DNA of 33,145 bases from a virus (IMGVR_UViG_3300021255_003500:73962-107106); one strand, 5' to 3'. Shown: positions 18,301 through 28,900, counted from the first letter of the stretch. Notes: generated from the sequence alone by a model not told the origin. Numbers and translations are program-made.

Positions 18301-18331
18301 AGAGAGGGGTTTCAGCCCCTCTCTCTTCTCT
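18301..18331 (+). terminator. probable terminator after the capsid gene
   Basis: GAGAGAGGGG-TTTCAG-CCCCTCTCTC then TTCTC. Confidence 0.6.
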
Positions 18332-18356
18332 CGCAATGAAGGAAGAAGGATAAGGT

Positions 18357-18824
18357 ATGGAAATGATGAACGGCTACACGGAGCCAACCTTCCGTGTGTA
18401 CAATGAATGCAAGTTTGATATCGGTGTGACCACGACCCGTGGCACACAGTATAACATTCGTCCCGGCAGCTTTGCTATGCTGACTGCTGCGGACATCGAA
18501 TACATCGAAAGCGTCTGCCAGACGACAAAGTTCTTTGGCACAGGCATGCTGGTGCCCAAGGATGCTGCAGGTAATGCAATTCCTCTGGATAAGCTGAACA
18601 TCGTGGAGGCGCCAAAGGAAGAGCGTATGATGACAGACGAGGAAATCATGGCAATGCTGAAAAAGACTGGCAAGCAAATGGAAGCCTGGCTGGATGGGAT
18701 CGAGGATCCAGTAAAACTTCATGCAATCTATGATGTGGCAGTGAAGATGGATCTGCCTGCCAGCAAGCTGAAGATCCTGAATGGCAAAATGCCAAACAAG
18801 GATTGGCTTGACGCATTTAACTAA
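18357..18824 (+). CDS. hypothetical head-associated protein
   Basis: 155 aa directly after the capsid gene; TAA stop. Confidence 0.7.
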   Translation: MEMMNGYTEPTFRVYNECKFDIGVTTTRGTQYNIRPGSFAMLTAADIEYIESVCQTTKFFGTGMLVPKDAAGNAIPLDKLNIVEAPKEERMMTDEEIMAMLKKTGKQMEAWLDGIEDPVKLHAIYDVAVKMDLPASKLKILNGKMPNKDWLDAFN

Positions 18825-18844
18825 GACAGAAAGGAAGTGGCGGC

Positions 18845-19276
18845 ATGACGAATATTACAGAGCTTGCCGTACAGCTGCAGGAGCTGACAGCCTGGCAGCG
18901 TACGCCAGAGCCGTTGTCCCAGGCGGATTACGAGAAGATGGTGATCAGCGGCATCAAGACCCTGTACATCGATACAGGCCGCGCTTCTCGATATACCAGT
19001 GTTTCCTTTGAGACTGACACCGAAACCGGTAAATCATATTTCAGCGACGATCTTGGGATCGACGAGGAGAAGTATGTTTTGCTGGTTGCACAAATCGCAT
19101 TCTTTAAAAGGGTGCAGACCGATGTGAACAACATCGTTTCCTACACCACGGATGCGCTGTCTGTTGCAAACGCAGATAAACCGTACGGGCATTTGCAGGA
19201 TACGATTGGAGCACTGGAAAACGAACGTCGGATTGTATTCTACAAGATGACGGACTATTCATTCTATAACGCTTGA
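18845..19276 (+). CDS. putative head-tail adaptor
   Basis: 143 aa helical protein; position in the head-tail joining block. Confidence 0.55.
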   Translation: MTNITELAVQLQELTAWQRTPEPLSQADYEKMVISGIKTLYIDTGRASRYTSVSFETDTETGKSYFSDDLGIDEEKYVLLVAQIAFFKRVQTDVNNIVSYTTDALSVANADKPYGHLQDTIGALENERRIVFYKMTDYSFYNA

Positions 19277-19278
19277 GG

Positions 19279-19626
19279 GTGAACAGATTGATCAATGATT
19301 TCAAGGTGAGGGTAGATCGCAGGTAGCCGGACGGCGCTCTGTGCAACACGGAGCTGAAGCCGCTGGTATCCTACACAGATGCCGTGGCTTATCGTCTGAA
19401 GCGGATCCTTAATGACGTGGAGAATCTGTGCTGCGATCTGGAAGAAACTTCCAACAAACTGGACTGGAGTCCGGAGACTGCTGATGCTTTCGGTAAGATC
19501 CGTCATCTGCTGCTGAACGCGGCGAATGATGTGCAGCGTCTTCCGAACTCTCTGTATTATCAGAACGTGCCATGCAATAACATGAATATCAGTGAGATGC
19601 TGGCACAGCTGATTAACCGTCAGTAA
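19279..19626 (+). CDS. hypothetical morphogenesis protein (one in-frame TAG)
   Basis: GTG start next to the upstream stop; MNRLINDFKVRVDRR*PDG reads through TAG 19324 into the track ORF at 19384. Confidence 0.65.
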
Positions 19627-19643
19627 GAAAGGAGCTGGCGCAG

Positions 19644-20372
19644 ATGCCGAAACCATATGTGCCAGCAGGCACAAAGACCAGATTCTATCGTCCGCCAACG
19701 CTGGCGTAGGACTTTACTGAATTCCTGGATGGGAATATCCCGCATATGGTCATGGACTTCACGATCTTCAAAGACTGGTATGCCCAGTTTGATGAAGGCT
19801 ATGAACCCTCCGTGATCCGTGGAGAATTCTATGCGGATACAGCCAAAAGCCGCTACAGCAATACAGACAACCATGTAAACATCCGCTGTGACGTAAACAG
19901 TGGTCTTCGCAAGGGCGATATGCTGATTGCCAGCGATACAAATGATGTTTATATCTCGGACTGGAATGTGATACTGCAGGCAAATAATGCACCATCCAGA
20001 TTGCTGCTGTGCAATTTCGACCTGACAGTCAAACGCTATCAGCCTGAGAAGGTAGACGAATTGGGCTACCTGATTGAACCGGAAGGCTGGAGAACAATCG
20101 TAGATGCACTGCCGGCTAACGCATACTTCTATGATGGGCGTACGTCTTCATACTACATCAACTCCGGCAACCCGGGTATCTCTCCGGAAGTTATCGCTCT
20201 GGTGACCATTCAGCTGAATAGGCAAACCAGGGACATCCGCATCGACGACGAGTTCGAATGGTGCGGGGATATCTACCGGATCACCGACATTTCCTGGACG
20301 AACGTGGATCGTTCGGCAAGCTATGGCTGTCTGATGCTGCAGGCATCGCAGAAGGCCGGTGGTATTCTGTGA
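19644..20372 (+). CDS. putative head closure / connector protein (one in-frame TAG)
   Basis: AAAGGAG RBS, MPKPYVP start, TAG at 19707; beta-rich. Confidence 0.65.
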
Positions 20373-20659
20373 TCGACATCAAAAGTGTGGTTATGGAGAA
20401 AGCCAAAGAAGCGCTGCAGGAACGTATGAAGTCAGTTGCTGCGGAGCTGAAGGAGTATGTCCTGAATGAATTCATCGTGGATCTTCCGCAATGGTCGCAG
20501 GATCTGTACGGTGAAGAGCTGCAGGATATTGAACCTACGATAGAATTCGACGGTGAAATGTCCGGCAGGGTAATCTTTAATTTAGATCATCTGCCAGACA
20601 AGTTAAAGGAACTGTTTGAATACTATATGGGCAATGCGAAACTTCGGGCTGTGGGGTGA
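20369..20659 (+). CDS. putative neck / tail-component protein
   Basis: GTG start overlapping the upstream TGA; 96 aa. Confidence 0.6.
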   Translation: MIDIKSVVMEKAKEALQERMKSVAAELKEYVLNEFIVDLPQWSQDLYGEELQDIEPTIEFDGEMSGRVIFNLDHLPDKLKELFEYYMGNAKLRAVG

Positions 20660-20665
20660 TGAAGG

Positions 20666-21142
20666 ATGCCTGTGACGACATGGATCCGGGACTGGAACGA
20701 TGTAATCCGTCAGGTTATCTGGCCTGACGAGGAACTGAAATCGCTGATGATGATCCCGGAAGGCACCAACATCATCAGCTTCATAGACAAGTATTTTATC
20801 CGGGCGGGATATACAAACACGCTTCTGGAACACGAAGATGTGCGTATTGTTTATTCCGATCTGGGCGGTGAGGATACAGCCGTTCCCAATGTAAAGAAGA
20901 ACGAGCTGTGTTTCGATATCTACGTTCGTACCGAACACCTGCATACCGTAGGGAATGATCGGCTGCAATACCGCACGCAGCTGATCGCCAATCGTCTGAT
21001 TCAGCTACTGACGAAGAATGGCAAAGATGGTAAGTATTTGGGCGGTTATCGTTTCTGGGTTCGAAAGGAACAGGATCTTGGAACGAGAACTGCCGGATAT
21101 GTGCGGTATCATGTATCCTTTAATTACATGAAGGTTTACTGA
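20666..21142 (+). CDS. putative tail terminator / completion protein
   Basis: 158 aa just before the tail tube; FDIYV and YHVSFNY beta strands. Confidence 0.6.
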   Translation: MPVTTWIRDWNDVIRQVIWPDEELKSLMMIPEGTNIISFIDKYFIRAGYTNTLLEHEDVRIVYSDLGGEDTAVPNVKKNELCFDIYVRTEHLHTVGNDRLQYRTQLIANRLIQLLTKNGKDGKYLGGYRFWVRKEQDLGTRTAGYVRYHVSFNYMKVY

Positions 21143-21214
21143 TGATAAACGCTTGTGAGTAGGGCGCAGCGTTTTTCATATAATCCAAACAAACTATGAA
21201 AGGAATGATAGCTC

Positions 21215-22000
21215 ATGGCAACTTATCTTGCTCCTCTGAAGGGCTATATTGCCGATGTGCCTCACGTCTGGTTTAAGCGCTGCGATGGTCGTATTTTCTA
21301 TTTCGATGAGATCACCCAGGCCAACGTGACGCCTAACGCCAACTTCACTGAAGTGAACGCTGGTTGGTAGTCTTTCCCTGTGGCTTATCTGCCCGGCCAG
21401 TCTACCATGGAAATCTCCCTGACCTCTGGCCAGTTCAACGCTGACCTGTTTGCTCTGGCCAACAACCGGTCCTTCGCTCCTCAGGCGTATGACCTGTACA
21501 TGACCGAGACCGTGACCATCGTGAACAACAAGGCCACCCTGGCTCATGTCGCCAAGGCCGGCACTGTGTCTATCGCTGGTCTGGAAGAGGCCACTACTGC
21601 TGCCGAAGGCAAGTTTGCCGTGGCCGATGTGGATGCTACCGAAACCGTGCCTGCGCACACCGAGATCACCTTCGTCGGCGAAGAGGGCGAAATTGAGATC
21701 TCTTATGAAGTCACCGTCGCCGACGCTCAGGTCATCGAGGTCGACAACAAGAGTACCGCTATCGGCTCTGCCCTGTTCCGCTGGCCCGTGTACGGTTCTT
21801 CTGAGGACTGCACCGACTCCGCGATCAAGGGTTATCTGAACATGAAGGTGTATCGCTGCCGCGTCACCCAAATGCCTGGTTTCGATACTTCTTACAAGTC
21901 TGCGGCCACGAATGCCGTGACCTTCTCTGCGATGGATGCGAAGCGGGCCGACGACGCCGTGTACAGCCTGGTCTACGTGCCGAAGTCTGCTCTGGACTAA
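21215..22000 (+). CDS. major tail (tube) protein (one in-frame TAG)
   Basis: GAAAGGA RBS, MATYLAP start, TAG at 21368; strongly biased codons; C-terminus SAATNAVTFSAMD. Confidence 0.75.
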
Positions 22001-22076
22001 TCAATGAAAAGAGTTCTTGTTATAAGGTTTTAAAAGGTTGAAGCAAGAGGCTCTCCTGGGGACTGCCTCAATACAG

Positions 22077-22100
22077 AAAAGGGGTAGTCCCCTTTTTTAT
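22077..22100 (+). terminator. probable terminator after the tail tube gene
   Basis: AAAAGGGG-TAGT-CCCCTTTTTTT. Confidence 0.6.
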
Positions 22101-22125
22101 ACATTTTTTGAAAGAAGGTTGAGAT

Positions 22126-22662
22126 ATGCCGGTTTTAGGTAAAGACATTCCAGAGCCAAGCACAGAGAAAAAGCCTGTTCCCAAAAAGACAGCTCTGGAT
22201 AAGAATCTTCCTGAAGAAACAAAACTCAATAAGGAAATGCCGGAAGGCAAAGTACTGAACAAAGAAATGCCGGAGGGCAAGGCTCTGGACAAGCCTATGC
22301 CTCCGGAAGTCAATCCAGATAATGTAGTCGTGATCGGTGGCAAGGAAATCGAGATCAAGTCTACCAAGATCAAGTACCAGCGGAACGGTACCGCTACGGC
22401 TTATCGCATTCTGGATCTGTATCCGCTGCCGGACATTCTGTCTATGGATGCAGGTGTTCTGGATGCCAAGCGAGACGGAGATCAGATCGTTTTCGATTTT
22501 CTTGTTGCGGTGTTTGATGACAGCAAACTGGTTGCAAGGTATTATGACACAATGACTGCGGATGATATCGACCGCTGTGTCAAGATATTCAAACGTCTCA
22601 ATCATATCGATGAGAAGGAAGAGGCCGCAAAAAACCGGCAAGCCAAGGGGATGAGCAACTGA
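22126..22662 (+). CDS. tail assembly chaperone (G-like)
   Basis: Follows the tail tube; ends just after the slippery site A AAA AAC (22629-22635). Confidence 0.65.
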   Translation: MPVLGKDIPEPSTEKKPVPKKTALDKNLPEETKLNKEMPEGKVLNKEMPEGKALDKPMPPEVNPDNVVVIGGKEIEIKSTKIKYQRNGTATAYRILDLYPLPDILSMDAGVLDAKRDGDQIVFDFLVAVFDDSKLVARYYDTMTADDIDRCVKIFKRLNHIDEKEEAAKNRQAKGMSN

Positions 22663-22970
22663 GCCTTGACGAAGCCGTGGCTTTGCTGGCCGTCTACCTT
22701 GGCGAAACTGATGAGTCGAAAATAGACGGAATGTCCATTCCGTTTTTTAATAGCGTGCTTGCTGCTTTGGGCAAGCGCGTCAACTACGATGCCGTCGTCA
22801 ACTATGCTGGCAACTCGTTTGCTAAAGACAGCTGGAAGATGATCCAGGAAGCGAACCCCATGACGAAGCCGAAGAAGATCGGAAACGCCTTCGCCGAACT
22901 GATCGGTAAGAGTGTGAAGGTTGGTTCCGACAGCGATCTTAGCGACTTCTCCTGGGCAGACGAAATGTAA
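22126..22970 (+). CDS. tail assembly chaperone, -1 frameshift extension (GT-like)
   Basis: The -1 frame is open from the slippery heptamer into the track ORF 22677-22970. Confidence 0.6.
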
Positions 22971-23059
22971 AACAGACACGAGACTGTTGCAAAAGGTAGG
23001 GACTCCGTCAGGACATTTGCTGCGCAACAACCACCGCCATCAAGTAATTGTCGATTTTG

Positions 23060-23164
23060 TTACTTAAGCAAGCGGATGATTTCGACAACAAACAGAACCA
23101 ACTAAAGAATCTTTGCAGCAATTTTCGTTGTGCGTTTCATCTTTTTGTAAGTCTTCTTTTTCAT
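23060..23164 (-). CDS. 34-aa cationic/hydrophobic peptide, type I toxin-like (one TAG)
   Basis: AAAGGAGGTG RBS; MKKKTYKKMKRTTKIAAKIL*LVLFVVEIIRLLK then TAA. Confidence 0.75.
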
Positions 23165-23369
23165 ACGCAGCCACCTCCTTTGTGGTAATTGGGGGGCGGT
23201 GGTTGCATACGCGCAGTCTCGTGTCTGCTATATCAAAATATCACACGCTACGTAAAAACACAATAGTCAGATTGCTTAACAAAAAAACAGATGCGGAACT
23301 GTTGCAAGAGGTAGGGTCAATTGCTGCGCAGTAACCAGCGCGGTATGTGCAAGTGATAACGTGCGGTCA

Positions 23370-23474
23370 TTACTTGAACAAACGTATGGTTTCAGCGATC
23401 AACGACAAAAACTATACAATCCTAGCTGCAACCTTTAAGCTGCGCTTGATCTTTTTGTAAGTCTTTCTCTTCAT
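23370..23474 (-). CDS. 34-aa paralog of the previous peptide (one TAG at the same codon)
   Basis: AAAGGAGGTG RBS; MKRKTYKKIKRSLKVAARIV*FLSLIAETIRLFK then TAA. Confidence 0.75.
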
Positions 23475-23577
23475 GTGACCACCTCCTTTGCAAGCAGTAG
23501 AGATGGTTACATACGCGCAGTTTCGCATCTGCCACTTCAATATAACACAACTATCCTCAAAAAGAAAGAAGGATATT

Positions 23578-23886
23578 ATGGACAGCAGAGAGTTCCTGGA
23601 CACAGCGCGTTATGCCGTGGTCCAATATCTGAAAGAATATGCACCTGATGTCAAGATCGGCGACACATTTGTTGTGTGGAGCTGCAAAACTTTGCAGAAT
23701 AACAAAGCTCTGATTGAGACAGATGTTGATGCGTCTTATTATGAGGTAACCTTCAACGGAGATCGGGAAGAACTTTATCTGGATGTTTACGAAAAAGACG
23801 ATCATATTTGCATCCCGCTCGGGGACAATGAAGAACCCGTAAAGCCGGATGAAAATCATCGGGTAATCACAGGGATCCGTCACTGA
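23578..23886 (+). CDS. DUF6275-like phage protein
   Basis: FVVWSCKTLQNNKAL...YYEVTFNGDREELYLDVY is the motif I associate with this family. Confidence 0.7.
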   Translation: MDSREFLDTARYAVVQYLKEYAPDVKIGDTFVVWSCKTLQNNKALIETDVDASYYEVTFNGDREELYLDVYEKDDHICIPLGDNEEPVKPDENHRVITGIRH

Positions 23887-23896
23887 GGTGAGGCAG

Positions 23897-24154
23897 ATGA
23901 ACAGCAATCAGTTTCTGAAGTCAGCAAAGAAAGCGGTGCTGAAGTATATTAAGGAAGAACTCTATCCGGATACTTAGCTGACGACAGAAGAAATATATGT
24001 GATCACCATGTTCGGCAACCAGGTAATGCTCGGTACGGGGCTGCTGGATCTCATTTTTTATGAAGTCATTCTGGACGAAAAAGAAAACACGCTGAAGCTT
24101 CGCGTGTTTGATCTGATGGAAACAGAAACCTACCGGAATGACGAAGTACAATAA
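23897..24154 (+). CDS. diverged paralog of the DUF6275-like gene (one TAG; not in the ORF track)
   Basis: GAGG RBS; MNSNQFLKSAKKAVLKYIKE...FYEVILDEKENTLKLRVFD aligns with the upstream gene; TAG at 23975; TAA stop. Confidence 0.65.
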
Positions 24155-24240
24155 CCTATTCCTGCTTGAGCAGGCAGAACCTGAGTCGTGTTACATAATC
24201 GCCTAGAATGCCTGAGAAATTCCGTTTACCTTAAAGGCTA

Positions 24241-24342
24241 TCATCTAAACAACTATATAACGAAGTGCAAAAGAAGCTAACCGATAAAGCTGGCCAGAAC
24301 GTTGGAGATGAACGTTTTGACTTCTTCTCTTTTAAACTTCAT
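24241..24342 (-). CDS. 33-aa hydrophobic peptide, type I toxin-like (two TAG)
   Basis: AAAGAGGGTG RBS; MKFKREEVKTFISNVLASFIG*LLLHFVI*LFR then TGA. Confidence 0.7.
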
Positions 24343-24501
24343 GCAATCACCCTCTTTCGAAAGGCAATTACACAAGACGCTCAGGTTCTGTCTGCACGGC
24401 TATTATTCGACAGTGGTTTACTTATTCCTGCTTGAGCAGGCAGAGCTTATCGCTTACATAGTCGCCAGAAATCCGGGAAACAAGTTGGTCTTAAAGACTG
24501 G

Positions 24502-24594
24502 TTATCTCAGCAACTATGAAATCAGGTTCCAGATCATCTATGCCAGAACGCCGGCAAGGACGTTCATGGCGAAGCTGATGAGTTTCTTACTCAT
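24502..24594 (-). CDS. 30-aa paralog of the previous peptide (two TAG at equivalent positions)
   Basis: AAAGGAGGTG RBS; MSKKLISFAMNVLAGVLA*MIWNLIS*LLR then TAA. Confidence 0.7.
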
Positions 24595-24652
24595 GCAACC
24601 ACCTCCTTTTAAGGCGACTGCATGAAGCGATAAGCCCTGCATGCACGGCTAT

Positions 24653-24681
24653 TATATCTAATCATAGGAGGAAACACAATG
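24653..24681 (-). promoter_or_regulatory. sigma-A-like promoter for the fourth peptide module
   Basis: Minus strand TTGTGT-17 nt-TATAAT. Confidence 0.5.
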
Positions 24682-25044
24682 ACATATTTTGATCTTATTA
24701 ACAACGCAATCGATTTGTGCATTACGGTTGACAGCACTACGGGTATGGCCTATCTTGAGCCTCCGTATCGGATGCTGCTTCGGGAAGCTGATCTGATCCA
24801 TCCGGAGATCATCGAACCGGAAGAACTGTATGAACTTCTGAAGCTGGAAGTTAAGAAGCAGAACGCCAAGGTCAATAAGTCCTATGCAGTGTCTGAATGG
24901 CTGCATGATATCATAACGCAGACTGTTGATCCAGCGATGACTCAGGAAGAGAATGAGTTGGTGAAGAATTTGCTGGAGTATATGAGAAAAAACGAAGAAT
25001 TAAAATCAGATGAACAGAAACGTAGTGCTGAAGATGGAGTATGA
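24679..25044 (+). CDS. hypothetical protein
   Basis: 121 aa, AGGAGG RBS, TGA stop. Confidence 0.7.
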   Translation: MTYFDLINNAIDLCITVDSTTGMAYLEPPYRMLLREADLIHPEIIEPEELYELLKLEVKKQNAKVNKSYAVSEWLHDIITQTVDPAMTQEENELVKNLLEYMRKNEELKSDEQKRSAEDGV

Positions 25045-25055
25045 AGTTGAATATA

Positions 25056-25841
25056 TCAGTCTTCTACGTTTATTTTTAGGTAATTGAAATCAGGTATTTT
25101 GGGTTCTAATTCATAAGTTTTTTCTTTAAAAACTAATGGTTCATGCTTAAACGTTACATAATCACTAATGCCATTTTTCGTTGTTTCTGTTACTGTGTAA
25201 CCATCAGCATATGTGATAGTATGGGTAATCCATTTGCATTTGTCAACATCTGCAAATGCTCTTACATCTGTTCTTTCTTCTATTTTATGGATAACAAGTT
25301 CTACAGATCCCAGATAATACGGGGTAAGATCTACTATAACATTCTTTGATTTACACAATGTTTCAAGACGGCGTAACATTTTTACTCTCGTGTAGTCTTG
25401 AAATCCAACTGGCTTGTAGCGTAAACTATCATTCCATAACGGTGTAGAAACGTCTGCTGCCTTCCATAATTCACGAGCTGTAGTTTCGCCATTACGAGCA
25501 GCAATGATTTTGGTATTATCAGGTAGTCTTTTGATAAAATCATAGAATAATTCTAGAACGTTGTATTCATAACCGTAAAAACCGTTGTGTGGATATCCAT
25601 CAGCTTCGCAGTATTCGATTATATATTTCCATTTATCTAGGTTGTTAGGATCTCTTACTTTGCGTCTATAATGAGTATGGCGGTCGCATGTGAACACATT
25701 ATTATTGTATATTAAAACAGCAGTATTCCAACCTTTATACTTTACATCCATATGTTTATATGGTGATCTGAAGATGTTTTCTGCATGGTCGATATAAAAA
25801 TCTTTGGTTGTAACTACTTTATCGATCATCTGGTTTGTCAT
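25056..25841 (-). CDS. AT-rich hypothetical protein (moron-like)
   Basis: 261 aa, GGGAGG RBS, TGA stop; opposite strand to the late operon. Confidence 0.75.
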   Translation of the reverse strand: MTNQMIDKVVTTKDFYIDHAENIFRSPYKHMDVKYKGWNTAVLIYNNNVFTCDRHTHYRRKVRDPNNLDKWKYIIEYCEADGYPHNGFYGYEYNVLELFYDFIKRLPDNTKIIAARNGETTARELWKAADVSTPLWNDSLRYKPVGFQDYTRVKMLRRLETLCKSKNVIVDLTPYYLGSVELVIHKIEERTDVRAFADVDKCKWITHTITYADGYTVTETTKNGISDYVTFKHEPLVFKEKTYELEPKIPDFNYLKINVED

Positions 25842-25931
25842 ACATACCCTCCCTTGTGTAATATATATTATATTACCTTGGCTTATTTAATTTGTCAACT
25901 CAAAGTACATATTGGAAGGAGGAAATTTCCA

Positions 25932-28900
25932 ATGTCAGAAAAAATAGAATTGGAATTTGTGGCAAATTTACAATCTGCTATTTCTGATTTAGAATCATTT
26001 CAAAGTAAGGCAAATGATGTATCTTCTGAATTCGGCAATCAAATCTCGTCGGTTCTATCTAAAACGAACGATCTATTAACACAGAATAATTCTGCTATCA
26101 ATGATTCACCAATTGAATATCGCTCTTATATGGATACAATTTCTGCTACAATTCATTCTTTAACATAGTCACTTTTATCTGATACTAAAGCATATGATTC
26201 AGGTGCTCTGTCAAAAGATATTCAAGAGCAACTACGTAGTAGTATCTCGTAGACTATTGGCATGATTATGTCCAGCTTACAAGATGCAACTTTCACAAAA
26301 TCAGCCATTACAGACATTCAAGCTAAAATAGCGCCTGAGATGGTAAAAGTATTTACGTAGAATTTTTCAGATTTATCAAGAGCAGCAGGATCTATTATGA
26401 GCCAAGCTTTTGGTAGAGGAAGTAAACCATTATCTGATAATGAGTGGTTGAAGACATTGCAATTAAACAAGAATATGCAAGCAGGTTTGACTGCTATGGG
26501 TACAAGCACTGGACTCAGTGATGCTGATTTAACAAGGCTTATGCAAGCAGTTGTCCGTATGAATCCTTTTATTATGCGTGCAGATTCTATTGCAAATGCA
26601 GCAAAGCATTCAAATGGAGCTATTAAAATACCAAACATTGATCCTGAATACTTGCGTTATCAAGATCGTCTTCCTGCTATTTACCAAAACTTGGAAACCA
26701 ATCCTCAAATACAGTCATTAACAGGAAAGCAAAAAACTGCATATTCAGGCAATCTCACAAAGCAAGCATATGAATTAGTAAGAAGCGTCGCAGCACAAAA
26801 CGCAGCTTTTGAACAGGCTTTGCAAATGGCCGGTTTAGCAACTCGCTCAACTAGCAATGGTCAAGCTGGGGCGTTGCACATGCCAAGCAAACCTATATCA
26901 ACGCTTCAATTAGCCAGAGCACTTGGTCATTTACATAAAGATGTTATGATTCCAGCCTTAGAAGGAGAACCTCAGTGGTATCGCAGTATCGTTTCAGCTG
27001 ATCCGGATGATGTTCGCAGAATAGCAAACAGTAATAATAGAAGTGTACGTGATTCAATTAGTGCAATGGAACAACTTGCTGTACTCGGTATTCAACCTGT
27101 GTACACAAGAGCTAAGCCGAGATTGGAAACTCCAGGAAGTTTCAATGTGGTTGCTAACAGTCAAATTGTCTCCAATCCAAACAGATATCAAATCATGAGT
27201 TTAACATGGGATGATTTTAAAAAAGGAAGAATTTTAAATCCAAATGGAGAAGCGCAAAGTGAATACGAAGAAAGGCCGCGGGGCGTTTCTATTAACAAAA
27301 TGATACAAGAATCCGGATTCACAAGGCTTCTTGGAATGTACGGCAATAACACTCTTGGAAATGGGAGTAAAACAGACTATGGTCGACCAAAGATGTTGCA
27401 GATAGACTTTTCAAAGCAAATGTTTGAGACTGATAAAAACGGTCATTTGATATGGGAAAACGGTCAACCAAGAGCAAATGAAGAAACTCATAAGATCATC
27501 AATCAATTAATGGCAAAAACAAAAACAATACCAGGCACATCTCATCAATATGCAGTGACTCCATTCGGAAATATGGGAGGATATGTGCCTACTAATTTTA
27601 AAAATGGCGTTGTATCACTGGTTCCTGAAGATGTTTATGTAGCACAAACAAATGCATCGTTAAAGTAGTTAGGCGTACCGATTTTTGAAAACTTTACGCC
27701 AGGAGATTATGTGTTTTCTACCGCAGATAAGTCAAATAAGAATCTTGAAGCACGAAACAGAGATCTAACTCCAACAGTACCTATTGAACGGTTGGGAGGC
27801 CGGCTGCCATCAAAAAGCAAAATAGCTTTCGTTGATTTGAAATCAATAGAAGGTTTGTTACCCGGTCAGAAAAAAGATGAGGTTACCGGGTTAGATGGTG
27901 CATCATTCTTTATGCCAGGTTATATACCAGGAAATAATGCAACATTTCGCGTTGGTGGAATGAAAGGAATAGCTGCAACAGTTGACTACAAACAGATGAT
28001 AAGAGATTTGTACGGCGTTGATCACATGTATGTTCCTGCAATAAATGCTTCCGAAGAAACGAAAAAATTATACAATACAAAAGGCATACAAGCTGTTAGA
28101 GATAAGCTGACAGAAGAAGAGTTTTCAAAACAGATGCTTGACATTATGGAATATGATGCTTTAATAACAGATTCAGTCATTAAGTCTCCGTTATTTCAAA
28201 ATAAAAGCAATAAAGAAGCACAGGACGTATGGCAAGAATTAGTATCTACGCCGCTTGGTTTCGGTATAGGAAAAACAGGCAGTCAGTTTATTTCTAGGAA
28301 GAGCAGCCTTGGAAGACAAATGTAGCAAGCTTTAGATATGACAGATCGTCAACTTGACGCAAATAAAAAAGCTTGGGATCGTTATATAGGTGAATTATGG
28401 AACGATCCTGTTAAAACAGCGCAAAGGTTATTTACGGATGAAGATAATTCATTAGATAAGAAAATCAGAGATAATCCTGCTCTGATGTGGTCTGAGCCAT
28501 TAGCTCGTCAACGAGTTATGGATGCCATTCAAGAAGCACAAATCTCTAGATTGAACAATGAATTATTCTCAGAGAATGGTGCTATGATGGGATTGGCTGT
28601 TCCAAATGCTGCTGAGCAAATTATAAAAATCGGTCAGAAAAACGGTTTGAGAATAAGAAACAAACATCTCGCAAATATTCTTTCTTTAAGATCGCAAGAT
28701 AACGCAGACGGCACATACGCCGGTTTAGCCGCTGGCTTTTTATCGGATCCAAATGTTGGAGCAGGGCGTTGGCCAGCTGTCCCAGGAGAGCAGTATTTAG
28801 CGTATCTTTCTAAAGAGTATCTGAAAGCAGGACGGAAGTATGGGCTAACAGATGATGTTATATACACCAATATGGATACTATCGCTAAAATGGGCGGTGG

